From the NCBI GenBank assembly GCA_034669905.1, contig JAXMOL010000026.1:1-64000 (forward strand): a DNA stretch of 64,000 nucleotides, written 5' to 3'. Source of the stretch: Candidatus Hydrogenedentota bacterium. Its GTDB lineage: Bacteria; Hydrogenedentota; Hydrogenedentia; Hydrogenedentales; JAEUWI01. Positions 1 through 8,047 of this stretch are shown in pieces. A model generated the notes under the pieces. That model was not told the origin of the DNA and made no database searches. It worked only from the letters and a program-made list of their open reading frames with translations. Positions within the stretch are counted from its first letter, which is position 1. Every line of letters begins with the position of its first letter. A program made the position numbers and the translations under genes.

Positions 1-194
1 AAGGCGAAGGCGAAGGTGAAGGTGAAGGTGAAGGTGAAGGTGAAGGCGAAGGAGAAGGAGAAGGAGAAGGAGAAGGCGAAGGCGAAGGCGAAGGAGAAGG
101 AGAAGGAGAAGGAGAAGGCGAAGGCGAAGGCGAAGGCGAAGGCGAAGGCGAAGGCGAAGGAGAGGGTGAAGGTGAAGGTGAAGGAGAGGGTGAA
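1..194 (+). repeat. Coding hexanucleotide tandem repeat (GAAGGN)n encoding poly(Gly-Glu)
   Basis: gaaggc/gaaggt/gaagga units with variation almost only at synonymous positions. Confidence 0.95.
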
Positions 195-524
195 GAAGAT
201 AGGGAAGGTGAAGACGTACCCCTTGTCGAGATCGCCGGAAAACTCCTCGAAAACTTCCGGATACTGGATAAAAACCGGGACGGTCGATTGTCGCTGGAGG
301 AAAGCTGGGAGCTTTACCGCCGCTTAAGCCGGGCGCAGTTCAATGCGCTCGATGCCAACGGGAATGGGTTCCTGAGCGAAACAGACTTGCGGAGTTTCGT
401 TTCCGCAGCGGGTTGCTTCTCCCCGGAGCGGTCTCTCAATCTAACCCTGTTCTCGTCCGTTCTTGTCTTCGTCTACGTTTGGGAAGAACTGCGGCAAACA
501 ATCAGGGAGCTGTTTGGGCCATAA
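3..524 (+). CDS. C-terminal part of a GE-repeat surface protein with an EF-hand pair (5' end outside window)
   Basis: Frame starting at base 3 is open to TAA at 522-524. It reads about (GE)32-EDREGEDVPLVEIAGKLLENFRIL-DKNRDGRLSLEE...DANGNGFLSETD...AAGCFS...LTLFSSVLVFVYVW. Two DxNxDG/DxNxNG EF-hand loops. The ORF-track call 288..524 is the tail of this frame. Confidence 0.85.
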   Translation, partial: GEGEGEGEGEGEGEGEGEGEGEGEGEGEGEGEGEGEGEGEGEGEGEGEGEGEGEGEGEGEGEGEEDREGEDVPLVEIAGKLLENFRILDKNRDGRLSLEESWELYRRLSRAQFNALDANGNGFLSETDLRSFVSAAGCFSPERSLNLTLFSSVLVFVYVWEELRQTIRELFGP

Positions 525-849
525 GCGGCAATCGCTACGGTCTCCATGGAGCCACTCGTTGCCCTCCTCGCCGCGCCCGTGTCCTCCAAGCCGGCAAGGG
601 GTATTCCCGACCCGGACAGGCCAAGGCGCGTGTGAACAGCCTGGCTTTCTCAGGCCACAACGGGCGCGGAAACGAGACTTCGCGGGTATGGGTTGGGAGA
701 ACGACCAACCGCCTGCGGGATCGTCGGGTTTTCGGGGAGAGTTCGGGCCCCTGCCGAGCCCGTCGGATTGGGTCGCGGACGTGTGATTGGTGTACACTGA
801 ATCACAGGGGGAACAGCGTTGCAGATAACAGTAACAAGACGGGCATGCC

Positions 850-1917
850 ATGCAGACGGAAGAAGAACAGATACTGGTCGTAGACGATATCCAGGACAAC
901 CGCGACCTTCTAGGACGCTATTTGAAGAAAGAAGGTTTTTCGGTCCTGATGGCGGAAAATGGCCGGGTCGCGATCGAAATGATGCGGGCCCGGAAGATTG
1001 ATTTGGTGCTTCTCGATATCATGATGCCGGAGATGGACGGCTACGAAGTGCTCAAGATCGTGGGTGATGATTCAGAACTGCGAAACATTCCGATTATCGT
1101 GATCACGGCGGTGGACGAACTCGATAGCGTGGTCCGTTGCATTGAGCTCGGTGCCGATGACTACCTGGTGAAGCCGTTCATCAAGCCCTTGCTCCACGCG
1201 CGGGTTGGTGCCTGTCTTGAAAAGAAGCGGTTCCGCGACCGTGAGCAGGAATCGTTGAGAAGGCTGCAGGAAGCGCAGGAGCGCTCGGAGCGGCTGCTGT
1301 TGAGTATTCTGCCCGAGCCTATCGCGGCACGCTTGAAAGGGGGCGAGGGGTGCATTGCGGAGGAATTTCCCGAGGCCACCATTGTCTTCGCAGATATCAG
1401 CGATTTCGCGCGTATCAGCCGTGATATGTCTCCCACCGAAACGGTACAGTTTCTCAATTCGGTGTTTACCGTGTTTGATTCACTTGCCGAGCGTCATGGC
1501 CTGGAGAAAATAAAGACCATCGGGGATGCCTATATGGCCGTAGCGGGGTTGCCCGTACCACGAACGGATCATGCGGAAGCCGCTGCAGAAATGGCATTGA
1601 GCATGCAGGCGGAAATGGCGCGGTTGAGCCAGGGTATTTCCGGCTCCCTCAGTCTGCGGGTCGGTATTCACACCGGGTCCGTCGTCGCGGGCGTAATTGG
1701 GAGTACCAAATTCAGCTACGACCTTTGGGGCGATACGGTAAACGTGGCCAGTGCCATGGAATCAGACGGACTTCCCGGGGCCATTCAGGTTTCCGCCACG
1801 ACCTGTGAGCGATTGCGGGAGCGGTATATTCTGGAAGAGCGGGGTACCTTTTACGTGAAGGGTAAAGGCGATGTTACGACTTACCTGCTGACAGGGAGAA
1901 GCTTCTCCAGCTCCTGA
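850..1917 (+). CDS. Response regulator receiver + class III adenylate cyclase (catalytic Arg replaced by Ala)
   Basis: N-terminal REC (ILVVDD, LLDIMMP, KPF). Cyclase motifs VFADISDF, KIKTIGDAYM, YDLWGDTVNVASAMES. Confidence 0.92.
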   Translation: MQTEEEQILVVDDIQDNRDLLGRYLKKEGFSVLMAENGRVAIEMMRARKIDLVLLDIMMPEMDGYEVLKIVGDDSELRNIPIIVITAVDELDSVVRCIELGADDYLVKPFIKPLLHARVGACLEKKRFRDREQESLRRLQEAQERSERLLLSILPEPIAARLKGGEGCIAEEFPEATIVFADISDFARISRDMSPTETVQFLNSVFTVFDSLAERHGLEKIKTIGDAYMAVAGLPVPRTDHAEAAAEMALSMQAEMARLSQGISGSLSLRVGIHTGSVVAGVIGSTKFSYDLWGDTVNVASAMESDGLPGAIQVSATTCERLRERYILEERGTFYVKGKGDVTTYLLTGRSFSSS

Positions 1918-1920
1918 GTA

Positions 1921-2826
1921 TTGGGGATATATCGTTACGGAGGTTTTCGATTGCGCAGCCTATTCGCCTTGTTCTTCCGCAAATCAGGTGGCAAACCTTC
2001 GGTCGGCCACCTGGGTTCGTGGCTGCTCAGGCGGGCGCACCGCCAACTTGCCGCGGCAGGCGCCTGGGCAATAGAAATTGTCGCCGCGATCCGCTATACC
2101 ATTTCGGTCTTCGGGGGGCTGGTGCATTTGGCCCTGCATCGCCGCTATTGGACAGGCACCGTCCGTGACGTTCTCGCCCGCCAGATCCTGTTTACCGCCG
2201 TGGAGGCCACGCGCTTTGTCAGCCTTGTGGGACTACTCGTTGGCGTGGCTGTCGTGGTGCAGGTTCAGCTGCTGGTGGCGACTGCGGGGCAATCGCACCT
2301 GCTTGGTCCGTTGATCGTGATGGTCGTGGTGCGGGAACTTGCCCCGGTTATTGTCAATCTTGTGGTTATCGGGCGCAGTGGAACCGCCATCGTGGCGGAG
2401 CTCGGCGCGATGAAAGTATCTGGCCAAATACGCTGCCTCGATGCGCAAGGGGTCGATCCGTCGGTGTACGTGGTCCTGCCGCGGGTTGTGGGTATGGCAG
2501 CCTCGGTTTTCGCACTGACCCTCGTCTTCATTCTCGTCGCCCTGCTGAGCGGCTATGCCTTTGGCGTGTTCTGGGGCGTCACCCGCCTGGGGCCGTGGGG
2601 CTTTGCAAACAGTGTGCTACGTGCCCTCTCGCCCAACGACGCCGTAATACTATTGATTAAGACCACCTTGCCCGCGGTGTTGGCCGGAATTATTTGCTGT
2701 GTCGAGGGCCTGGGCGTCGTCGCGGTGGATACGGAGGTGCCCCGTGCCATTACACGCGCCTTCGGGCGCTCCGTGGCAGTGTTGTTTGTCGTCGCGGTCG
2801 GAGTTTCCATCCTGACCTACCTCTGA
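1921..2826 (+). CDS. MlaE-family ABC permease (start uncertain)
   Basis: Multi-TM protein with VVVRELAPVIVNLVVIGRSGTAIVAELGAMKVSGQI..LDAQG and LPRVVG, typical of MlaE/YrbE. Confidence 0.85.
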   Translation: MGIYRYGGFRLRSLFALFFRKSGGKPSVGHLGSWLLRRAHRQLAAAGAWAIEIVAAIRYTISVFGGLVHLALHRRYWTGTVRDVLARQILFTAVEATRFVSLVGLLVGVAVVVQVQLLVATAGQSHLLGPLIVMVVVRELAPVIVNLVVIGRSGTAIVAELGAMKVSGQIRCLDAQGVDPSVYVVLPRVVGMAASVFALTLVFILVALLSGYAFGVFWGVTRLGPWGFANSVLRALSPNDAVILLIKTTLPAVLAGIICCVEGLGVVAVDTEVPRAITRAFGRSVAVLFVVAVGVSILTYL

Positions 2827-2916
2827 AGCGGTCGGACGTGCGTCAAGGCGGACCCGGTGCGGCAACTTCCCTTGTGGATAGGCTTGGGAATCATGCTACG
2901 ATGACCTCACCACATT

Positions 2917-3642
2917 TTGGAACTATGGAGCGAATATCGGTTGGATGATGACCTGGTGCTGCAGTTCTCGCGCGTAACACTCCCGTCTGGTGTGTACTAT
3001 GATACGGGGATGTGGGATGTTGATTTTTCACTCCACGCAGGCGACCTTATGCTTGTGGCCACCGAAACAAATCACCCCCGCTTGCCCCTGGCCGATGCGG
3101 CCGTTGGTATCCTGTCGCGCGAACAGGGGAAAATCTTCTTTCTTGGAGAGGACTGGGAAACAATGCGACCCGATGAATCAATTGCCAGGCGGGGCATGAC
3201 GAGTCGACTATTCGACGAAGGAGGCTGGGTCACGAATCTGTCCGTCGCGGAAAATGTCATGCTTTCGCAGCGGCATCATACGCGCCGCTCCGACACCGAG
3301 ATTCGGGAGGAAGCCTCACAATTGGCGAGAAGATTTGGCTTGCCGGGCTTACCGACGGGGCGTCCCGCCAGGGTTCGGGAACACGACTTACAGCGGGCAG
3401 CGTGTATCCGTGCCTTCCTGGGAAAGCCCTCCATGGTATTGCTCGAAAGGCCGACGCGGGGTATCTATCCGCACGTGATGCCCGCGCTCGTAAACGCTAT
3501 TCGTTCCGTACGGTCCCGTGGTGGTGCGGTGATTTGGATAACCGACTCGGTCGAGGTATGGAATGATCCCGCCATCAACCCGACCCTGAAGTTTCAGATG
3601 TCGGGCTCCCAGATGCTGCTCGAGTCGGAGGGGGTGCAATGA
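2917..3642 (+). CDS. Degenerate MlaF-like ABC nucleotide-binding-fold protein (ATPase motifs lost)
   Basis: ABC-like scaffold (DVDFSLHAGD, QGKIFFLG, NLSVAENVML, VLLERPTRG) in the MlaF position between mlaE and mlaD. No GxxGxGK(S/T), LSGGQ, DE or H-switch. Confidence 0.75.
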   Translation: MELWSEYRLDDDLVLQFSRVTLPSGVYYDTGMWDVDFSLHAGDLMLVATETNHPRLPLADAAVGILSREQGKIFFLGEDWETMRPDESIARRGMTSRLFDEGGWVTNLSVAENVMLSQRHHTRRSDTEIREEASQLARRFGLPGLPTGRPARVREHDLQRAACIRAFLGKPSMVLLERPTRGIYPHVMPALVNAIRSVRSRGGAVIWITDSVEVWNDPAINPTLKFQMSGSQMLLESEGVQ

Positions 3643-4709
3643 GTCAGTCCTTTCGATTCCGATACGCCAATGAAATTGCGGGGACCTTCATGCTGGTCGT
3701 GCTTCTGGTCTTGCTGGTCGTCTTTTTTCAGGCGGGAAACGCCCGAAAATGGTTTGAGCCGACGCGCGTAGTGTACGTGGCGTTGCCGGAGGAAGGCTCC
3801 TTCGGCCTGCAGGCGGGCGCGGAAGTCCGTGTGCTGGGAACCATTGCCGGCACGGTGGAACGTATCCGGATCGATGAGCACCTGAGCATGCGGGCGCGCG
3901 TGCGCGTTGCCGGGGACCTCGGGAGACTGATACGAATAGATTCTGTGGCCGTGATTAAGAAAAAATTCGGTGTGGCCGGGGATGCCTATCTCGAAATAAC
4001 TCGGGGAACCGGAGAAGAATTGACGGAGGAAGTCCCCACGATTATCGGCATCGCGGACAAGGCCCCAATGGAAACCTTTGAAGACGTCGTGGACCAGATT
4101 CGCAATGAGTTCGTGCCCACGATAACGAAATTTCGGGACGGTACTGCCGAATGGGGGCGCCTCGCGTCCGACCTGCGCGACACGGAGGGCGATTTTCGGA
4201 ACATGCTTCGCTCATGGGAGGTCGTGGCCACGGAACTTCACGAGGGAGAGGGGCTGGCCGCATCCCTGCTATCCGATGCGGATATGAAGGACGAAGTGCG
4301 CCAGGCCGTATCCGAAGTGCGCCAATCCACCGAGTTGGTCCACGGGATGCTTACGGAATTGCGTGCCGCGACGAAAGACATTTCACTGGCCGCAACCGCG
4401 GTGAGACAGGAATCGGAAGATTTGCCGGGCCTGGTCAAAAACCTCCAGGAGGTGTTGGCCGAAACCAAAGCCCTGACCGCAGGAGTCAGCGCGCTGGCTG
4501 TTGAAATGACCGATGTTGTAGCGGGTGTTGGCGATGAGGTCGATACGATGCCGGGGCTCGTATTACAGACCCACGAGACCTTGAGCGAGATTGAGCGATT
4601 GGTCGAGGGGATCCAGCGGCATTGGCTCGTCCGGGGGGGGATGGAGGAACGTCTTCCGGACACCCGCATCGCGCCGGAAGATGTCGTGGTGGTGGGGGTT
4701 CAGCCATGA
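3639..4709 (+). CDS. MlaD/MCE-domain protein with long helical C-terminus
   Basis: N-terminal TM, GLQAGAEVRVLGTIAGTVERI and GDAYLEITRG MCE motifs, then coiled coil. ATGA overlap with the upstream gene. Confidence 0.88.
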   Translation: MSQSFRFRYANEIAGTFMLVVLLVLLVVFFQAGNARKWFEPTRVVYVALPEEGSFGLQAGAEVRVLGTIAGTVERIRIDEHLSMRARVRVAGDLGRLIRIDSVAVIKKKFGVAGDAYLEITRGTGEELTEEVPTIIGIADKAPMETFEDVVDQIRNEFVPTITKFRDGTAEWGRLASDLRDTEGDFRNMLRSWEVVATELHEGEGLAASLLSDADMKDEVRQAVSEVRQSTELVHGMLTELRAATKDISLAATAVRQESEDLPGLVKNLQEVLAETKALTAGVSALAVEMTDVVAGVGDEVDTMPGLVLQTHETLSEIERLVEGIQRHWLVRGGMEERLPDTRIAPEDVVVVGVQP

Positions 4710-5659
4710 GGGTATCCCAATTGCCGGGGTGGGGCGTGTTGCAAGCCATGTGCCTCGCGGCGCTGGGGCTCCTTTCCGGCTGCGTGAGCCGGGGAGATAT
4801 TTCGGAGCCCGAAGAAGTTTCGGAATTCAGCACCATCACGGCCGCCGCCCGCTCCGCCTATGATCAGGGCCGTATGGAGCAAGCGGCCCGGTTGTATGGG
4901 CTCGCGCGAGCTCGGGCGACAGCGACAGACGACGCCGAGGCCCTCGGAGATGCCAACTACAACCTTGCGGTCTGCAAGACGCTACTGGGTGAATACGCCG
5001 CGGCCCGCATGCTGCTGGAGGAAATCGGCTGGGTCGGGCGTGTCTCAGAGTCCCAACGGGACGAAGTAATCCTGTTGGCGTCCAAGATTGTCTACCTCCA
5101 GGGAGACCTTCGGGAGTCTGCGGAAATTCTGGACGATGCGATAGCGTCCGGGGCCCTGGGCTCAAGCCCACGTATTCAGGTGGAAGTCAGTCTCCTGCGC
5201 GGCCATCAGGCCTGTGATCGTCAGGATCTGGCGGCCGCGGGCGCCTCGTTGGAGGAGGCCCGGTTCCGGAGTGGAGAAGAAACGGAAAATCCGGGATTGG
5301 CCCGATTGGCCGGGCAGATTCATTTGACCGCGGGAGCGCCTGCTGCCGCTGCGGCGGAGTTTGACCGCGAGGCGGAGCTGCTCAAGGGTATGGGGCGTTT
5401 TTGGTCCGTCTCTTCTGCACTGGCCCGTGCAGGGCACGCCTATGGCGAGAGCGGAAACTGGGAGAAGGCCGCGAACCGCCTCTACAGGGGCGCCCGAAGC
5501 GCCCTGGCCCATGGGCGGTACGGGGATGCAGAGACACGGGCTCAGGAGGCCTTGGAGGCCGCAGGTCATCTTCCTGCGGGTGACGACCGGGAGCAGATCA
5601 CGGGGCTCATTGAAGAACTCCTCGGTGAATGGACGGACGCCGCCGGTTTGGAACGGTGA
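4706..5659 (+). CDS. TPR-like helical-repeat lipoprotein
   Basis: ATG at 4706 overlaps the mlaD stop. Signal peptide ends in lipobox LSGC. Ala-rich TPR-like helices (ALGDANYNLAVC). Confidence 0.75.
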   Translation: MRVSQLPGWGVLQAMCLAALGLLSGCVSRGDISEPEEVSEFSTITAAARSAYDQGRMEQAARLYGLARARATATDDAEALGDANYNLAVCKTLLGEYAAARMLLEEIGWVGRVSESQRDEVILLASKIVYLQGDLRESAEILDDAIASGALGSSPRIQVEVSLLRGHQACDRQDLAAAGASLEEARFRSGEETENPGLARLAGQIHLTAGAPAAAAAEFDREAELLKGMGRFWSVSSALARAGHAYGESGNWEKAANRLYRGARSALAHGRYGDAETRAQEALEAAGHLPAGDDREQITGLIEELLGEWTDAAGLER

Positions 5660-5896
5660 TCCGGAACCGGGCACGGTCGACGGGCGTGCCGTTGGGATCC
5701 GCCTGCTTGACCCCCCGCTGCTGGGAGCGCATAATCAAGGCAGGGTAGTCCCGAGGCGGTGTTGCACTTTTCTGCTAAAGGGAAGGTGGCTTACACCCTC
5801 GGATGAAAAGGTGAGTACAGTTGGGAAGGGCGCGTCGGTGAGATCAGACGCGCTCGGTCGTTCCCTATTTCCCATAGCCACAATGCCGGAGGGTAT

Positions 5897-6988
5897 ATGG
5901 TTTCAGAGGAAGAGATTTTCCGGGCCGGCGTTCTGATTGTCGATGACCAGATCGAGAATGTGGACCTGTTAAGGCGCGCCCTCAGCCGGAGCGGTTACAC
6001 CAACCTCTATTCGACCACTGACTCCCGTGAGGCGTCGGCGCTCTACGCGACACACGCACCGGATATTGTCCTGCTGGACATCATGATGCCCTACGTCGAC
6101 GGATTTGAGGTCATGGCGCAGATTCAGGCGCTCTCCAAAGAGGACTACGCGCCCATTCTGGTGCTGACGGCGGACGACCAGCGAGAGACCCGTATCAAGG
6201 CGCTGAAATGCGGCGCAAAGGATTTCCTGACCAAGCCCATTGACCGGACCGAAGTGTTGACCCGTATCAGGAATATCCTGGAGGTGCGGTTACTGCATAA
6301 GAAAGTCTTGCGTCAAAATGAGGTGCTCGAAGACCGGGTCATCGAACGGACCCGGGAACTCCACGAATCCCGGCTCGAAATTATGCGGCGCCTCGCGCGG
6401 GCGGCCGAGTTTCGTGACACCGACACCGGCGCACATATTACACGGATGAGCCTCTACTGCGCGGAGCTGGGTCGGGCGGCCGGAATGGACGCCCAGGAAT
6501 GTGACCTGTTGCTCAGTGCCAGTGCCCTTCACGACATCGGAAAAATCGGGATTCCCGATCGGGTATTACTGAAACCGGGACCCTTCGATACCGAAGAGAC
6601 CGCCCTCATGCGGGAACATGTATCCATTGGGGCACAGATTCTGGATGGCAGCGAGTCGACGCTGATCCAGTACGCCGCAACCATCGCACGAACCCACCAC
6701 GAACGCTGGGACGGCACGGGCTATCCGGAGGGCCTTCGCGGGGAAGCGATTCCACTGGAGGGGCGCATTGTCGCCATCTGCGATGTGTTTGATGCCCTGA
6801 CCTCCAGCAGACCCTACAAGAAAGCCTGGTCGGTTGACCGTGCGCTGGGAGAACTGCAGCGGGGCGCCGGTGTCCAGTTTGATGCCCGTCTGGTCAGGTT
6901 GTTTCAATCTATCCTGCCGCGAATTCTAGCGGTCAAAACCCAATTTGAGGCACGGGAGTGTGCAACTGTATCGGGGGTTGTGCGATAA
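5897..6988 (+). CDS. REC + HD-GYP cyclic di-nucleotide phosphodiesterase (RpfG-like)
   Basis: REC domain followed by LHDIGKIGIPD, HHERWDGTGYP and DVFDALTSSRPYK. Confidence 0.93.
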   Translation: MVSEEEIFRAGVLIVDDQIENVDLLRRALSRSGYTNLYSTTDSREASALYATHAPDIVLLDIMMPYVDGFEVMAQIQALSKEDYAPILVLTADDQRETRIKALKCGAKDFLTKPIDRTEVLTRIRNILEVRLLHKKVLRQNEVLEDRVIERTRELHESRLEIMRRLARAAEFRDTDTGAHITRMSLYCAELGRAAGMDAQECDLLLSASALHDIGKIGIPDRVLLKPGPFDTEETALMREHVSIGAQILDGSESTLIQYAATIARTHHERWDGTGYPEGLRGEAIPLEGRIVAICDVFDALTSSRPYKKAWSVDRALGELQRGAGVQFDARLVRLFQSILPRILAVKTQFEARECATVSGVVR

Positions 6989-7024
6989 GCGGATCGACGT
7001 TGCGTCACCGCACGAACAGAAGGA

Positions 7025-7963
7025 GTGTTACCGTTGGGAAGCGATTCTATTTATAAACTCCTGGTAGTAGACGACGACCCCGATGCGCAAGAACTGCTTC
7101 GGCGCTCGCTGAATGAAGCGGAATATGAAGTCCAGATTGCCGCGTCCGCCGAGGATGCCCTGGCGTGTCTGAAGGCTTCCAGTCCCGACCTCATTCTGCT
7201 GGACATCATCATGCCGGGAATCAGCGGTCTGGAGTTTCTCCAGAATTTGCGCCGTGCGGAAGAGTTTGAGCATGTGCCCGTGATTCTGGTGTCCTGTCTT
7301 GACGACGTGCAGTCCGTGGTGGAGGGCCTGAAAGACGGCGCGAACGACTATGTGTCGAAGCCCATCTCCATTCCAATTCTGCTGGCACGGGTCCAAACGC
7401 ACCTGAAGATTGGAATCCTGATTCGCGAGCTGGAGCGGCAGCGCGAGCTCCTTACCCGCCTGGCTGCCTACGATGATTTGACCAGCGTGCTTAACCGCCG
7501 GTCCTTCACCGCGGTTCTGGATGCCGAGATCAGCCGCAGCGGCCGACACCAGCACAAACTCTCGCTTCTCTTGTTGGACATTGACCTGTTCAAACGGGTG
7601 AATGACACCTATGGCCACCCAGCGGGCGACGAAGTGCTGATTGAATTTGCCCGCCGACTTTCGGAGTGCATTCGCGCTTCGGATGATATCGGGCGCTATG
7701 GGGGTGAGGAATTCTGCATTCTACTTCCCGAGACCGGAGAGCGCGCTGCCGCGGCCCTGGCAGAACGTTGTCGGGAGGCCATCGCCGGGAAGCCGTTTCT
7801 TGTTGGTGACCAGGTTCTCACCATTACCGTCAGTATTGGACTGGTATCCACTGCGCTGAAGAGTCAGCCCACCGTCGCGCAGCTGCTCGACCAGGTGGAC
7901 CACGCCCTGTACCGCGCCAAGGAGAACGGGCGTAACCGGGTAGAGACCGCGAAGGTCCTGTGA
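7025..7963 (+). CDS. REC + GGDEF diguanylate cyclase
   Basis: REC, DDLTSVLNRR, DIDLFKRVNDTYGH, RxxD I-site (RASD) five residues before GGEEF. Confidence 0.93.
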   Translation: MLPLGSDSIYKLLVVDDDPDAQELLRRSLNEAEYEVQIAASAEDALACLKASSPDLILLDIIMPGISGLEFLQNLRRAEEFEHVPVILVSCLDDVQSVVEGLKDGANDYVSKPISIPILLARVQTHLKIGILIRELERQRELLTRLAAYDDLTSVLNRRSFTAVLDAEISRSGRHQHKLSLLLLDIDLFKRVNDTYGHPAGDEVLIEFARRLSECIRASDDIGRYGGEEFCILLPETGERAAAALAERCREAIAGKPFLVGDQVLTITVSIGLVSTALKSQPTVAQLLDQVDHALYRAKENGRNRVETAKVL

Positions 7964-8047
7964 ACGGACTTGCCCGCGGAGCCGGACTGGAGAAGGTCCC
8001 GCGTGGCGATACCGGCCAGGATTACCGGGGTGCCCCTGCTGCCGGCA

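Noticed and set aside
16..327. Lys/Ala/Val-rich ORF (KVKVKAKEK...)
   Set aside because: Off-frame reading of the GE repeat. Variation is synonymous only in the Gly-Glu frame, which continues into EF-hands.
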